A stretch of DNA of 64,000 bases from an uncultured delta proteobacterium (GCA_963763745.1 CAVXQJ010000016.1:385029-449028), one strand, 5' to 3'; shown: positions 1 through 9,374, numbered from the stretch's first letter. Numbers and translations are program-made. The notes: generated by a model not told the origin, from the letters alone.

Positions 1-485
1 GTCACGTTGAATTTCTTCGCGACGTTCTCCGCCGTGATGCCCATCGGCGTGTACACGTCGGGGCACTCTCTCATCGCGCGGGCCGATGCGCTGAGCTTGT
101 TGCCCGTCATCGGGACCATCGTCATCGACTCGACGCCGCCCGCGACGACGATCTCGTTCGACCCGAATGCGATCGCACCAGCCGCGAGCGCGATCGCTTG
201 AAGACCGCTCGAGCAAAACCGATTGATCGTCATCGCGCTCGTCTCGATGGGCAATCCCGCGAGGAGGCCCGCGACGCGCGCGACGTTCAAACCTTGTTCG
301 CCTTCCGGCATCGCGCAGCCGAGGACCAAGTCCTCGATCATCTCGGGCTTCACCTTCGCGTTTCGCGCGAGGAGCGCGGCGATCACTTCGCCTGCGAGAT
401 CGTCCGGCCGCTTCTGCGCGAGCGACCCTTTGTGAGCGCGACCCACCGCGGAACGAACCGCATCGACGATGACGACCTTCTTCAT
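1..485 (-). CDS. acetyl-CoA acetyltransferase / 3-ketoacyl-CoA thiolase (N-terminal part; the 3' end lies beyond the window start)
   Basis: Reverse-strand translation from the ATG at 485-483 reads MKKVVIVDAVRSAVGRAHKGSLAQKRPDDLAGEVIAA...NRFCSSGLQAIALAAGAI...VESMTMVPM, which carries the thiolase active-site Cys motif (NRFCSSGLQA). It is missing from the ORF track because there is no stop inside the window. Confidence 0.85.
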   Translation of the reverse strand, partial: MKKVVIVDAVRSAVGRAHKGSLAQKRPDDLAGEVIAALLARNAKVKPEMIEDLVLGCAMPEGEQGLNVARVAGLLAGLPIETSAMTINRFCSSGLQAIALAAGAIAFGSNEIVVAGGVESMTMVPMTGNKLSASARAMRECPDVYTPMGITAENVAKKFNV

Positions 486-563
486 GCACGCCAACGTAGC
501 GCGGCGAGCTCACGCGGGCTACCCATCGGGCGCCTCGCGGGAGCTCGCCGCATCTCGATCACA

Positions 564-920
564 TCACTGGCAGGCGGTCGCGTTCGACGTGCAGCACGTC
601 GTGTACGCGGTGAGCTGCGTGGCGCAGTTCGCCGTGATGTTGTTCGTCGTCGCGGTCGTGTCGGTCGTGTTGTCCGACTTGCACGCTTGCTGACCCGAGG
701 CGCAGGACGCGAAATCCTTGTACTGCGAGCCGCACGCCGCCGCTTCGATCTTGTTGCAGAGATCGATCGATTGCTGCGTCGGAGCCGGGTCGGCCGAGCA
801 CTTGCCTTTGTCGCCGCATCCGCCGCCGCTCGAGCAGGCGGGTGCCGACGCGAGGCCGACGACACCGACGGCGCCGAGAACGAGGGAGAAAGCGACTGTC
901 TTGAACGGTTTGATCATCAT
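564..920 (-). CDS. small secreted cysteine-rich protein (signal peptide; CSADPAPTQ motif; ends TACQ)
   Basis: 118-aa ORF with a hydrophobic N-terminus and about 16 Cys. It is a paralog of the ORF at 999..1331. Confidence 0.55.
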   Translation of the reverse strand: MMIKPFKTVAFSLVLGAVGVVGLASAPACSSGGGCGDKGKCSADPAPTQQSIDLCNKIEAAACGSQYKDFASCASGQQACKSDNTTDTTATTNNITANCATQLTAYTTCCTSNATACQ

Positions 921-998
921 GTGAAAGAACCCCTTTTCGGTACCGCCGAGGGACGGCGTGCCGCACCCTACACGATTCGCTCCGCGTCGCGCAGAACT

Positions 999-1331
999 TT
1001 ACTGACACGCGGTCGGGTTCGCGTCGCAGCACGAGCCGAACTCGGAGACTTGCGTTCCGCAATTCGTCGCGATGGCCAACTCCGTCGCGGCTTCGTCGGT
1101 CGTGTTGTCGGCGGCGCACTTCTGCGCGCTCTTCTGGCACGCCAAGACGTCCATGTACTGCGAGCCGCACGCGCCGCTGCTCAACTTGTTGCACTCGTCG
1201 CTGGCGCTCTGCGTCGGCGCGGGATCGGCGGAGCACTTGTCGCTCGCGCCGCACGTCGCGCCGCTGCTGCACGCACCCACGAAGACAAGCACCGACGCGA
1301 TCGCGAGGATGAAGAAGGCGACTCTCGACAT
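999..1331 (-). CDS. small cysteine-rich lipoprotein (lipobox FVGAC), paralog of 564..920
   Basis: 110-aa ORF. It shares the CSADPAPTQ motif and C-terminal ACQ with its neighbour; tandem duplication. Confidence 0.55.
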   Translation of the reverse strand: MSRVAFFILAIASVLVFVGACSSGATCGASDKCSADPAPTQSASDECNKLSSGACGSQYMDVLACQKSAQKCAADNTTDEAATELAIATNCGTQVSEFGSCCDANPTACQ

Positions 1332-1334
1332 CTA

Positions 1335-3671
1335 GTTACGCAGCGGCTTGTTGTTCATCAGCATGTACTGCATGCGCTCTTGGCTCTTCGGCTCGCCGCA
1401 GAGGCTCACGAAGGCTTCGCGCTCGAGCTCCAGCATGTGCGTCCTCGGTGACTTCGTGGCTCGCGCCGCCGCGTCCGCCGCAGAAGACCTCGGCGAGCTT
1501 CACGCGCGATCTTCGCGTCGTGCTCGCTCGCGTAGCCGCCGGAGACGAGCGTCTTCACCATCATCTCGAGCGTCGCGATGCCGCTCTCGCCGGGGAGCAC
1601 GAACGCGCGCGGCGCTGGCGGGTGATAGCCGGTCTCCGCGAGGCCGATGGCGCGCGCCTTCGCTTCCGTCACGATGCGCGCTTGTCGAAGGCGATGCCGT
1701 CGTTGCGGCGGAAGTAGCCGAAGGCTTTTCCTTCTTCCGCGCTCGTCGCGACGCGCGCGAGCGCGATGTTCTTGAAGACCTGCGTGACGTACTCGTACGT
1801 GTTCACGTTCGCGCCGTCGGGGATGCCCTCGAGCGCGCGCCAGAGCATGTTCATGTTGCCTGCGCCGCCGGGGATGATGCCCGACGCCGACCTCGACGAG
1901 GCCCGCGTACGTCTCCGCCGCGGCGTGTACCGCGTCGCCCGCGAAGCACAGCTCGAGGCCGCCTCCGAGCGTCATCCCGAACGGCGCGACGACCACCGGA
2001 ACGCGCGCGTATTTCAGCCGCTGCGTCGCGCCTTGGTAACTTTTACCATGGTACGAATCTGCTCCCAGTTGCCCTGGGAAGCCGCCATGACGACGAGGAA
2101 CAAGTTCGCGCCGACGCAGAAGTGCTCGCCCTTGTTCGCGACGACGATCGCGCGGAAATCCTTTTCGGCGCGCGCGGCCGCGTCGTGGAGCATTTGGATC
2201 ACGTCGGGGTCGATGCTGTTCGCCTTCGTCTTGAACGTGACGCCGAGGACGCCGTCGCCGAGATCCCACGCTTCGGCGCCGTCGTTCGAGAGCACGGGCG
2301 CATTTCCTTTTTTCAAAATGTCGAACGTCGCGTTGCGCGGATCGATCGCACGCTTCACGTATTTGTTCGCGACGAGGTCGAACACCTCATCGCCTTTGTA
2401 GAAGCTCGTCGCGCCGCTCGCGCGCATCTTCTCGATCGACGGCGGGATCGAGATGCCGTCCTTCTTCATGCGGTCGAGCGTCTCGACGAAACCGAGCGCG
2501 TCCCACGTCTCGAACGGGCCGAGCTCCCAGTTGTATCCCCACTTCATCGCGTCATCGATCGCGACGACATCGCCCGCGATCTCAGGGATGCGACGCGCGG
2601 CATACGCGAGCGAGCGCGACGTGACCTTCCACGCAAACGCGCCGGCCTTGCCGGGATCCGGTGACGAGCTTCTTCACGCGCGCGCGCACATCCTCGATTT
2701 TTCCGATCGCCTTCGACGATTCTTTGATCGACGCATCGCCCCCCTTGCCGCGGTACTCGAGCCTGCGCGGGTCGAACGTCTGGATGTCTTTGCCTTGCTT
2801 CTTGTAGAAGCCGCCCTTCGTTTTGTTTCCGAGGAGCTTCTTGTCGGCCATCGCGCGGATGAAATCCGGGACCTTGAAGACGTCGCGCTCTTCGTCTTGC
2901 TCGAGCGCGGCGTAGCAGTTGTCTGCGACGTGGATGAACGTGTCGAGGCCGACGAGATCCGCGGTGCGGAAGCTCGCGCTCTTTGGGTGGCCCATCGGCT
3001 CGCCGGTGATCGCGTCGACGTCTTCGGGCTCGAGACCCGATGCGAGCATCTCGTGGATGCCGAGCATCATCGCGTGCGTGCCGATGCGGTTGCCGACGAA
3101 GTTCGGCGTGTCTTTGCCGAAGACGATGCCTTTCCCGAGCACGTCCTCGCCGAATTTCTTCGATGGCCGCGAGCGTCTCGGGTGCGGTCTCGGGACCGGC
3201 GACGAGCTCGAGCAGCTTCATGTAACGAACCGGGTTGAAGAAGTGCATCACGAGGAAGCGCTTTTTGAAGTCGTCCGAGCGTCCCTGCATCATGTCGTGG
3301 ATGCGAAGGCCGCTCGTGTTCGACGCGACGACGGCGTGCGCGGGGAGCGTCTTCTCGAGCTTCTCGAAGAGCGCGCGCTTCGGCTCGATCTTCTCGATGA
3401 TGGCCTCGATGACGAGATCGCAGTCGGAGAGCTTCGCGAGATCGCGATCGATGTTGCCCGTGGAGACGAGCAGCGCGCGCTCCTTCGAGAAGAACGCCGC
3501 GGGCCGCGCCTTCACCGCTTTTTCGAGCCCGCCCTTCGCGAAGTCTTCCATGTCGAGCATGACGACCTCGAGCCCCGCGTTCGCCATGTGCGCCGCGATC
3601 CCGCTGCCCATCACGCCCGCCCCGACCACGCCGACTTTACGCACCACGAGCTTGCTCATGGCCGTGGGCAT
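1335..3671 (-). pseudogene. fadB-like fatty-acid oxidation protein (N-terminal 3-hydroxyacyl-CoA dehydrogenase, C-terminal enoyl-CoA hydratase), broken by at least 5 frameshifts
   Basis: Segments recognisable in three reverse frames. 3671-3140: the NAD-binding domain (VGVVGAGVMGSGIA...FFNPVRYMKLLELV). 3142-2650: the HADH C-terminal domain (GKGIVFGKDTPNFVGNRI). 2547-2050, 2030-1873 and 1854-1669: the enoyl-CoA hydratase domain (KGEHFCVGANL; VVVAPFGMTLGGGLELCFAGD; MNMLWRALEG). 1690-1500: the hydratase C-terminus. Frame changes lie near 3140, 2650, 2550, 2040, 1870, 1690 and 1500. Confidence 0.55.
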
Positions 3672-3680
3672 ACTGGATAG

Positions 3681-4013
3681 TTGGGCATGCGCAAGCTTCT
3701 TGTGATCGCCCTTTGCGCGCTCGCGATCGCAACCGCGTGCGGAGGGTCGTCGAGCCTCGACGTGCGCGATTACGATCGATCCTGCAAGAACGCGAACGAC
3801 TGCGTCCTCGTCGCGACGGACGCGTGTTGCGGGTGCTTGACGTCGGCGATCAACGCCGGCGCGCAAGCGCAGTACGCCGCGGATTTGGCGAACGCGAAAA
3901 AAAATTGCAGTGCCACGCCGTGTTCGGGATTTCAATGCGTGACGACGACGCCCGGTTGTCTCGGCGGCGTGTGCATCGCGAACGACGCGATCGTCGACGC
4001 TAGCGACCAGTGA
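3681..4013 (+). CDS. small cysteine-rich lipoprotein (lipobox IATAC)
   Basis: 110-aa ORF with a signal peptide and 12 Cys. Its 3' end overlaps the convergent gene 4000..4686 by 14 nt. Confidence 0.5.
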   Translation: MGMRKLLVIALCALAIATACGGSSSLDVRDYDRSCKNANDCVLVATDACCGCLTSAINAGAQAQYAADLANAKKNCSATPCSGFQCVTTTPGCLGGVCIANDAIVDASDQ

Positions 4014-4686
4014 GACGAAGGCACGCGCGTGCCGCGGGGCCATAGGTGCTCTCGAGCGGCACGCGCGAGAACAGGCTCGCTGCCAGATCGATCTCGCGCG
4101 ATCGCAAGTATGCGCGACCGACGAGATACGAGACCTCCCAATACACCTCGCGCTGCGCCGGGTTGTTGAACATGAGGATGTCTTCTTCGTCGTACGAGTC
4201 GAAGTCGGCGAAGTCGACGAGCTCGGGATGATCGAGCGCGATCTTCGTGAGCCACAGCACCGTCTCGCGGTGTTTGAGGTGGTTTCGATCGCGCGCGATC
4301 GCGCGGAACGCCGCGTAGCTGTCTTGGAATCGATTCATGCGATAGAGCGCCGCGCCGACGTGATACGCGGCGAGCTGTTTGTTGCCTTCGTCATCGCCGC
4401 TCTCGCCGCTCGCGACGCGCTCGAGCTGGACGAGCGCCTCTTGCCAGCGCTCCGCGTCGTAGAGGCGCTTCGCGCGCGCGGCTTCTTCGGTCATTTGTCC
4501 TGGCGTCGGCGGTGCGAGCGATGCGCGCGCGATGGGCGGGATTTGCGGCCCGAGCGCGCACTGCCCGATGGTGGGCGCGGGCGCCGTCGTCGTCGGCAAC
4601 GACTGCGGCGTCGCGAGCGTGACCGTCTGCGCGTCGGATCCGCCGCACGCGCAAAACGCGATCGCGAAAAGCGCGCTCCGTTTCAT
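4000..4686 (-). CDS. TPR-like lipoprotein (lipobox AFCAC)
   Basis: 228-aa C-terminal part of the long track ORF 4000..6963. It starts with MKRSALFAIAFCACGG and has helical repeat character (AAYHVGAALYRMNRFQDSYAAF). Its start overlaps the P450 stop (ATGA). Confidence 0.6.
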   Translation of the reverse strand: MKRSALFAIAFCACGGSDAQTVTLATPQSLPTTTAPAPTIGQCALGPQIPPIARASLAPPTPGQMTEEAARAKRLYDAERWQEALVQLERVASGESGDDEGNKQLAAYHVGAALYRMNRFQDSYAAFRAIARDRNHLKHRETVLWLTKIALDHPELVDFADFDSYDEEDILMFNNPAQREVYWEVSYLVGRAYLRSREIDLAASLFSRVPLESTYGPAARACLRLTGR

Positions 4687-6026
4687 GCCGCGCGCGTCGC
4701 GCGTCGCGGAAGCCTCGACGTCACGATCACCGGGAGCCCGTTCGACGGCGTCAGCGTGATGCTGCGCCGCGCGACCTTCACGTCGGTGCGCGCGAGGTGC
4801 ATCTCGACGCGCGGGAGGAGCGTCGCGAGCATCATCTTCATCTCGTAGATCGCGAACGCCGCGCCGACGCACTTGCGAAGGCCACCGCCGAACGGCAAAA
4901 ACTCCCATGCCGCCGGCTTGAACGTGCGCCACCTTCGCGGGTTGAACTCGCTCGCGCGCGGATAGATCGACTCGCGTCGATGAACGAGGTGAATCATCGG
5001 ACCGACGACGGAGCCCTTCTTCAAGTCGTAGCCACCGATGCGCATTGGTTGTTGGAGGACGCGCGCGACCATCGGGATGACGGGTTGCAATCGCAGCGTC
5101 TCCTTCACGACGTCGTCGAGGAGCTCGAGCTTCGCGATCTTCGCGGGGTCTTCTTCCGCCGTCGCGATTTCGTCGCGCAGCTCGCCGAGGAGCTTGCGGT
5201 TCGGGAGGACCCAGCGGAGCGCCCACGCGAGCGACGTCGCGGTCGTCTCGTGCCCGGCGACGAGGAGCGTGAGGAGCTCGTCGTGGATTTCGTCTTCGCC
5301 GAGCGGCTCGCCGCTCTCGTCTTTCGCGTCGAGCATCATCGCGAGGACGTCGTTGCGCTTGCCGCGTTGCGCGGCGCGCGCGCGGCGGATCTCGCCGCGA
5401 ACGAGCTCGCTCGCGCGGTCGCGCAAACGAACCCAGCGGCCCCACGGGCTGAGCGGTCCGAGATCCTTCTGCATGAACGGAAACAAAAGCCCGGGCCACG
5501 CGCTCGCATCGAGGCTCTTCGCGAGGACGTCCGAGAGCTCGGCGAAGCGCGGACCTTCTTCGACGCCGAACACCGTGCGCACGATGACTTCCATCGTGAG
5601 CGCTTGCATCGGCGTGTGCGCGCGGAACGTGCGACCCACGGGCAAGCGATCGACCGCGTCGTGCGCGAGATCGATCATCGTCTTCCCGTACGCCAGCATG
5701 CGCTCGCCGTGAAACGCGGGGAGCATCATCTTCCGGTGACGGATGTGCGGCGCGCCGTCGAGCAAGAGGAGGGAGTTCGATCCCAAGAACGGTTTCAAGA
5801 CGATGTTCGCTTCGCCCGCGTGCCCTTCGTCGGGGCCGAGCGCGAAGACCTCTTTGATGATCGCCGGATCGGACACCGCGACGACGCCGTCTTCGATCAT
5901 CGGCCAGCGCACGGTGAAGACGTCGCCGTATTCGCGTTGCGACTTCTCGAGGAACTCGAACGGCGTTCGAATCCATCGCCACATGAGGAGCATCGGGTGA
6001 ATTTCGGGGCCGGGCGGGTGGGCCAT
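4683..6026 (-). CDS. cytochrome P450 monooxygenase
   Basis: Contains the heme-binding loop FGGGLRKCVGAAFA, AGHETT, ETLRL, and an N-terminal PPGP motif (start chosen at MAHPPGPE, ATG rc at 6026; alternative upstream ATG at 6077). Confidence 0.85.
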   Translation of the reverse strand: MAHPPGPEIHPMLLMWRWIRTPFEFLEKSQREYGDVFTVRWPMIEDGVVAVSDPAIIKEVFALGPDEGHAGEANIVLKPFLGSNSLLLLDGAPHIRHRKMMLPAFHGERMLAYGKTMIDLAHDAVDRLPVGRTFRAHTPMQALTMEVIVRTVFGVEEGPRFAELSDVLAKSLDASAWPGLLFPFMQKDLGPLSPWGRWVRLRDRASELVRGEIRRARAAQRGKRNDVLAMMLDAKDESGEPLGEDEIHDELLTLLVAGHETTATSLAWALRWVLPNRKLLGELRDEIATAEEDPAKIAKLELLDDVVKETLRLQPVIPMVARVLQQPMRIGGYDLKKGSVVGPMIHLVHRRESIYPRASEFNPRRWRTFKPAAWEFLPFGGGLRKCVGAAFAIYEMKMMLATLLPRVEMHLARTDVKVARRSITLTPSNGLPVIVTSRLPRRATRAA

Positions 6027-6063
6027 GGGTTTCGGTCCAAAGTGTACAATGCGGGACGTGCGG

Positions 6064-6810
6064 ATGTTCCTGAACATCGACGCGGGCGAGCTCGAAGACG
6101 AGCCCGAAGAGCTCTACTCGCTCGCGCACGTGGTGAACGTCGCGTGCGGCGGGCACGCGGGCGACGACGCGTCGATGCGGCGGGTGATTGCATTCTGCAA
6201 CCAATCGAGCGTGCTGGCGGCACGCTCGATGACGCTTGCTGGGAAGTGCGGCGGAGCCGCACGTTCCCAACTCGGAACGCGCGTGGGCGCGCATCCGTCG
6301 TTTCCGGACCGCGCGGGCTTCGGGCGCGTGGCGATGACGATGCCGGACGATGAGCTCCTCGCGAGCGTCGCGGAGCAGTGTCACGCGCTCGCGTCGTGTG
6401 CGCGCGCGGAGGGCGACGCGCCGCTCGCGTTCGTGAAGCTCCACGGCGCGCTCTATCACGCGGCGAATGGCGATGCGTCCGTCGCGCGAGCCGCGCTGCG
6501 CGGCGCGATCGAAGCGCTCGGCTGGGAGATCACCGTGATCGGTCCTCCAGTGGGCGAGACGATCGCATGCGCGCGCGATCTCGGGCTCGCGTACGCGCGC
6601 GAAGGGTTCGCCGATCGCGGCGTGCGCGCGGACGGCTCGCTCGTCCCGCGCGGCGAGCCCGGCGCGATGATCGACGAGCCCGAGCGCGCCGTCCGACGCG
6701 CGAAAGAAATCGCGCTCGCGAAGAACGCGGACACGATCTGCGTGCACGGTGACGGAAAGAACGCGCTCGCAGTCGCGCGCGCCGTGCGGGCGATGCTCGA
6801 TGCGCTTTGA
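6064..6810 (+). CDS. pxpA: 5-oxoprolinase subunit A (LamB/YcsF family)
   Basis: MFLNIDAGE...CGGHAGD...GAHPSFPDRAGFGR...ADRGVRADGSLVPRGEPGAMI...CVHGDG matches the LamB/YcsF signature. Carries an extra in-frame insert of about 23 aa. Confidence 0.8.
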   Translation: MFLNIDAGELEDEPEELYSLAHVVNVACGGHAGDDASMRRVIAFCNQSSVLAARSMTLAGKCGGAARSQLGTRVGAHPSFPDRAGFGRVAMTMPDDELLASVAEQCHALASCARAEGDAPLAFVKLHGALYHAANGDASVARAALRGAIEALGWEITVIGPPVGETIACARDLGLAYAREGFADRGVRADGSLVPRGEPGAMIDEPERAVRRAKEIALAKNADTICVHGDGKNALAVARAVRAMLDAL

Positions 6811-7399
6811 GCGACTCGGCGACGGCGCGCTCAGAGTCGCGCGCCCGGCGGGCGTGAGCGGCGCGGCGCTCGTCGACGTGGCGCGCGCGTGGCCCGGCGT
6901 CGCCGACGTGATCCTCACGGAGGCCTGGCTCGCCGTGATCTTCGAAGACGACGCACTCGCCACGATCGACGACGCGCGAATCGACGCCCTCCAATCGCTC
7001 GAACGCGAAGAGAGCGCCCAAGCGCGAACGATCGAAATCCCCGCACGCTACGACGGCGTCGATCTCGCGGAGGTCGCGCGCGCGTGCGGCATCACGAAGG
7101 AGCGCGTCGCCGAGCTCCATTCGCGTGCAGAATACACGGTTCTCTTCCTGGGTTTTCAGCCCGGATTCGCGTACCTCGGCGGGCTCCCGCGCGAGCTCGA
7201 GGTTCCGCGCCTCGCCGTGCCACGCGCGCGCGTCCCGAAGAATTCCATCGCGATCGCCGGTCGCTACGCCGGCGTCTATCCGTTCGAGAGCCCCGGTGGA
7301 TGGCGCATCCTCGGCACCGCGGAAGAGACGACGCTCTTCGATCTCGAACGCGGCGCGCTCCTCCGCGCGGGCGACCACGTGAGGTTCGTTCGGCGATGA
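6800..7399 (+). CDS. pxpB: 5-oxoprolinase subunit B (allophanate hydrolase subunit 1 / KipI-like)
   Basis: Reads ...TVLFLGFQPGFAYLGGLP...IAIAGRYAGVYPFESPGGWRILG. Its ATG overlaps the pxpA stop. Confidence 0.8.
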   Translation: MRFERLGDGALRVARPAGVSGAALVDVARAWPGVADVILTEAWLAVIFEDDALATIDDARIDALQSLEREESAQARTIEIPARYDGVDLAEVARACGITKERVAELHSRAEYTVLFLGFQPGFAYLGGLPRELEVPRLAVPRARVPKNSIAIAGRYAGVYPFESPGGWRILGTAEETTLFDLERGALLRAGDHVRFVRR

Positions 7400-8160
7400 C
7401 CTTACTCGTTCGCAAAGTGCTCGGGCTCGCGACGATTCAAGATCTCGGACGCGTCGGGTTCGCGTCGCAAGCCGTGCCGCGCGGAGGCGCGCTCGTTCGT
7501 TCGCTCGCGCGCCGCGCGAACGCCGCCGTCGGCAACGACGAAGGCGCGGCGTGCGTCGAGATCTTCGGGAAGCTCGTCGCGACGGCGGAGCGCGACGTGC
7601 GCGTCGCGAGCGAAGATGGAATCGTTCGCGACGTGCGCGCTGGCGAGGACATCGTCGTCGATGCGGTCTCGGCGCTCCGCGTTCGTTATCTCGCGATCGC
7701 CGGAGGCATCGATGCGCCGCTCGTCTTGGGAAGTCGTTCGTCGTTTCTAGGCGCGAAGCTCAGCGCGGGCGATCGCATCGCGTCGGTCTCGCGCGAGCGC
7801 GGCGTCACGCGCTCGCGAGACGCGTTCGACGCGGCAGGTCCCGTGCGAATCGTGCTCGGCCCCGATCACCCCGAAGCCGGGAAAGCGCTGAGGCGAACGA
7901 CGTGGCGCATCGCGCCCTCGAGCGATCGCACCGGCACGCGCCTCGAAGGATCTCGAATCGCCATGGCGATGCCCGCGTCGCTCCCGTCGTCGCCGATGGT
8001 GTGCGGCGCGATCCAACTTCCACCGTCGGGGTTGCCGATCGTGATCGGGCCCGACGGTCCGACGACGGGTGGCTATGCGATCGTCGGAGTGATCGTGCGC
8101 GGCGATCTCGATCGCTTTCATGCGCGACCGCTCGGCGCGCCCATCTCGTTCGCGCTATGA
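7396..8160 (+). CDS. pxpC: 5-oxoprolinase subunit C (allophanate hydrolase subunit 2 / KipA-like)
   Basis: C-terminal 255 aa of track ORF 6889..8160; ATGA overlap with pxpB; contains GGYAIVGVI at the C-terminus. Confidence 0.75.
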   Translation: MTLLVRKVLGLATIQDLGRVGFASQAVPRGGALVRSLARRANAAVGNDEGAACVEIFGKLVATAERDVRVASEDGIVRDVRAGEDIVVDAVSALRVRYLAIAGGIDAPLVLGSRSSFLGAKLSAGDRIASVSRERGVTRSRDAFDAAGPVRIVLGPDHPEAGKALRRTTWRIAPSSDRTGTRLEGSRIAMAMPASLPSSPMVCGAIQLPPSGLPIVIGPDGPTTGGYAIVGVIVRGDLDRFHARPLGAPISFAL

Positions 8161-8167
8161 TTCGAGC

Positions 8168-8647
8168 ATGCGGCATCTCGTCCTCGCGTTCGCGCTCCTC
8201 GCGTGCACGAGCGACAAGCCCCCGCCCATCGGCGATCCGGATGGCTCGCTCTCGCAGTTCGACGACGATGCGTACGCGCCGCCCGTGTTCGTCGACGCGG
8301 GCGCCGATGCGGGCGTGACGGAGATCCTCGACTTCGAAGGGACGTGCTCGTCGGGTTTCGTCCCCGTGTGGCACTTCTTCGATTTTCAAACGCACACGCC
8401 GATGAACTCGGCGCTCGTCATGACGGTCGCGACCGCCGACACGCAAGCCGCGCTCGCGCAGACGACGAACGTCCCGCTCGCGACCGTGACCGGTCCCGAC
8501 ATCACGTCGTGGACCGGCGTGGACGTCGCGACCAAGGTCACGTCGAAGCTCTTCTTGCGCGTGTCGATCGCGTTCCAGCCGGCGACCGACGGAACGTCAC
8601 CCGTGCTCGTGCACTATCGCCAAGAGTACGACTGCGTCGTTCAGTAA
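8168..8647 (+). CDS. lipoprotein, hypothetical (lipobox LLAC)
   Basis: MRHLVLAFALLACTSDK...; 159 aa; no recognised domain. Confidence 0.5.
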   Translation: MRHLVLAFALLACTSDKPPPIGDPDGSLSQFDDDAYAPPVFVDAGADAGVTEILDFEGTCSSGFVPVWHFFDFQTHTPMNSALVMTVATADTQAALAQTTNVPLATVTGPDITSWTGVDVATKVTSKLFLRVSIAFQPATDGTSPVLVHYRQEYDCVVQ

Positions 8648-9270
8648 CACATCGTCGCGCCCGGGTCGGTGCACTTCGAGACGACGCACGTTTGCAGGGA
8701 ATCGGAGCAGTTTTGTTGTTGCACACTGCAACCAATTTCGTAGTCGGTGAAGTCGCATTGCGCTTTGCACGCGACGACCGACGCGACGTCGTATCCGCTG
8801 CACTGGCCGAGGCCGTAGTTTCCGCCGGTCGCGCAGCATTGGTAGCCCGCGTTGCCTTGCGACGCGCAGTTGTCCGTGTTCGAGCAGGTCATGGGCACGT
8901 CGTACATGCCGGCGCACGAGTTCAAGCTCGTCACGCATTCGAACGGCTTCGTCGTGCTGGCCATGTGCCAGCAGCACGTTTCGTTTTGCGCGCTGCACGA
9001 GAGCTGCGAGCCGCACTGAATCTTCGAGTCCTGCGGGCCGACGTGCACGTCGGGCTTCGAGGCATCGACGATGGGCGAGTCCGTCGACGCGTCGAGCGGA
9101 TTGGCGGCATCGTCGGGTGCCGTGGCGTCTTGCGTGGGCGCGGCGTCGGCTTGCATGCTCGCGTCGTCTTGCGGGTTTCCGCCCGAGTCTCCGAGCAATC
9201 CACTGCCGTCGGTGCCGCTGCACGCGACGAGCGCGAGCGCGGTCGCAGTCGTGATCCAAAAGCGATTCAT
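8641..9270 (-). CDS. cysteine-rich lipoprotein (lipobox LVACSG)
   Basis: MNRFWITTATALALVACSG followed by a Cys-rich C-terminal domain (about 24 Cys). Confidence 0.6.
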   Translation of the reverse strand: MNRFWITTATALALVACSGTDGSGLLGDSGGNPQDDASMQADAAPTQDATAPDDAANPLDASTDSPIVDASKPDVHVGPQDSKIQCGSQLSCSAQNETCCWHMASTTKPFECVTSLNSCAGMYDVPMTCSNTDNCASQGNAGYQCCATGGNYGLGQCSGYDVASVVACKAQCDFTDYEIGCSVQQQNCSDSLQTCVVSKCTDPGATMCY

Positions 9271-9316
9271 CAAAGTCCTCCCGTGGAGTTTGGTTTCCCG
9301 GTCGCGTTCACGTAGG

Positions 9317-9332
9317 TGCATGGCGGGTGCCA
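9317..9332 (-). promoter_or_regulatory. candidate sigma-54 (-24/-12) promoter upstream of lipoprotein gene 8641..9270
   Basis: The reverse strand reads TGGCACccgccaTGCA. The GG and GC dinucleotides have the canonical 10-nt spacing of TGGCAC-N5-TTGCW. It lies about 50 nt upstream of the ATG. Confidence 0.3.
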
Positions 9333-9374
9333 GCGTTCAAACACTACGGCGCTGCCGGCAAATACTTCCCCACG

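Noticed and set aside
198-1451. Long plus-strand ORF (417 aa) and similar long Arg/Ala-rich ORFs across the window, e.g. 4797..6353, 9561..11996, 30537..33251, 53711..57658 and 58582..60699
   Set aside because: Their translations are Arg/Ala/Gly-rich, low-complexity and stop-poor. This is typical of the antisense or out-of-frame strand of real genes in a 70% GC genome, and each overlaps a confidently identified gene on the other strand or in another frame.
9322-9374. T6 run (agttttttgacgcg) considered as a terminator for the LOG gene or a -35 element
   Set aside because: On the LOG-gene strand it is an A-run, not a U-run, and no stable stem precedes it. TTGACG on the plus strand has no plus-strand gene to serve.
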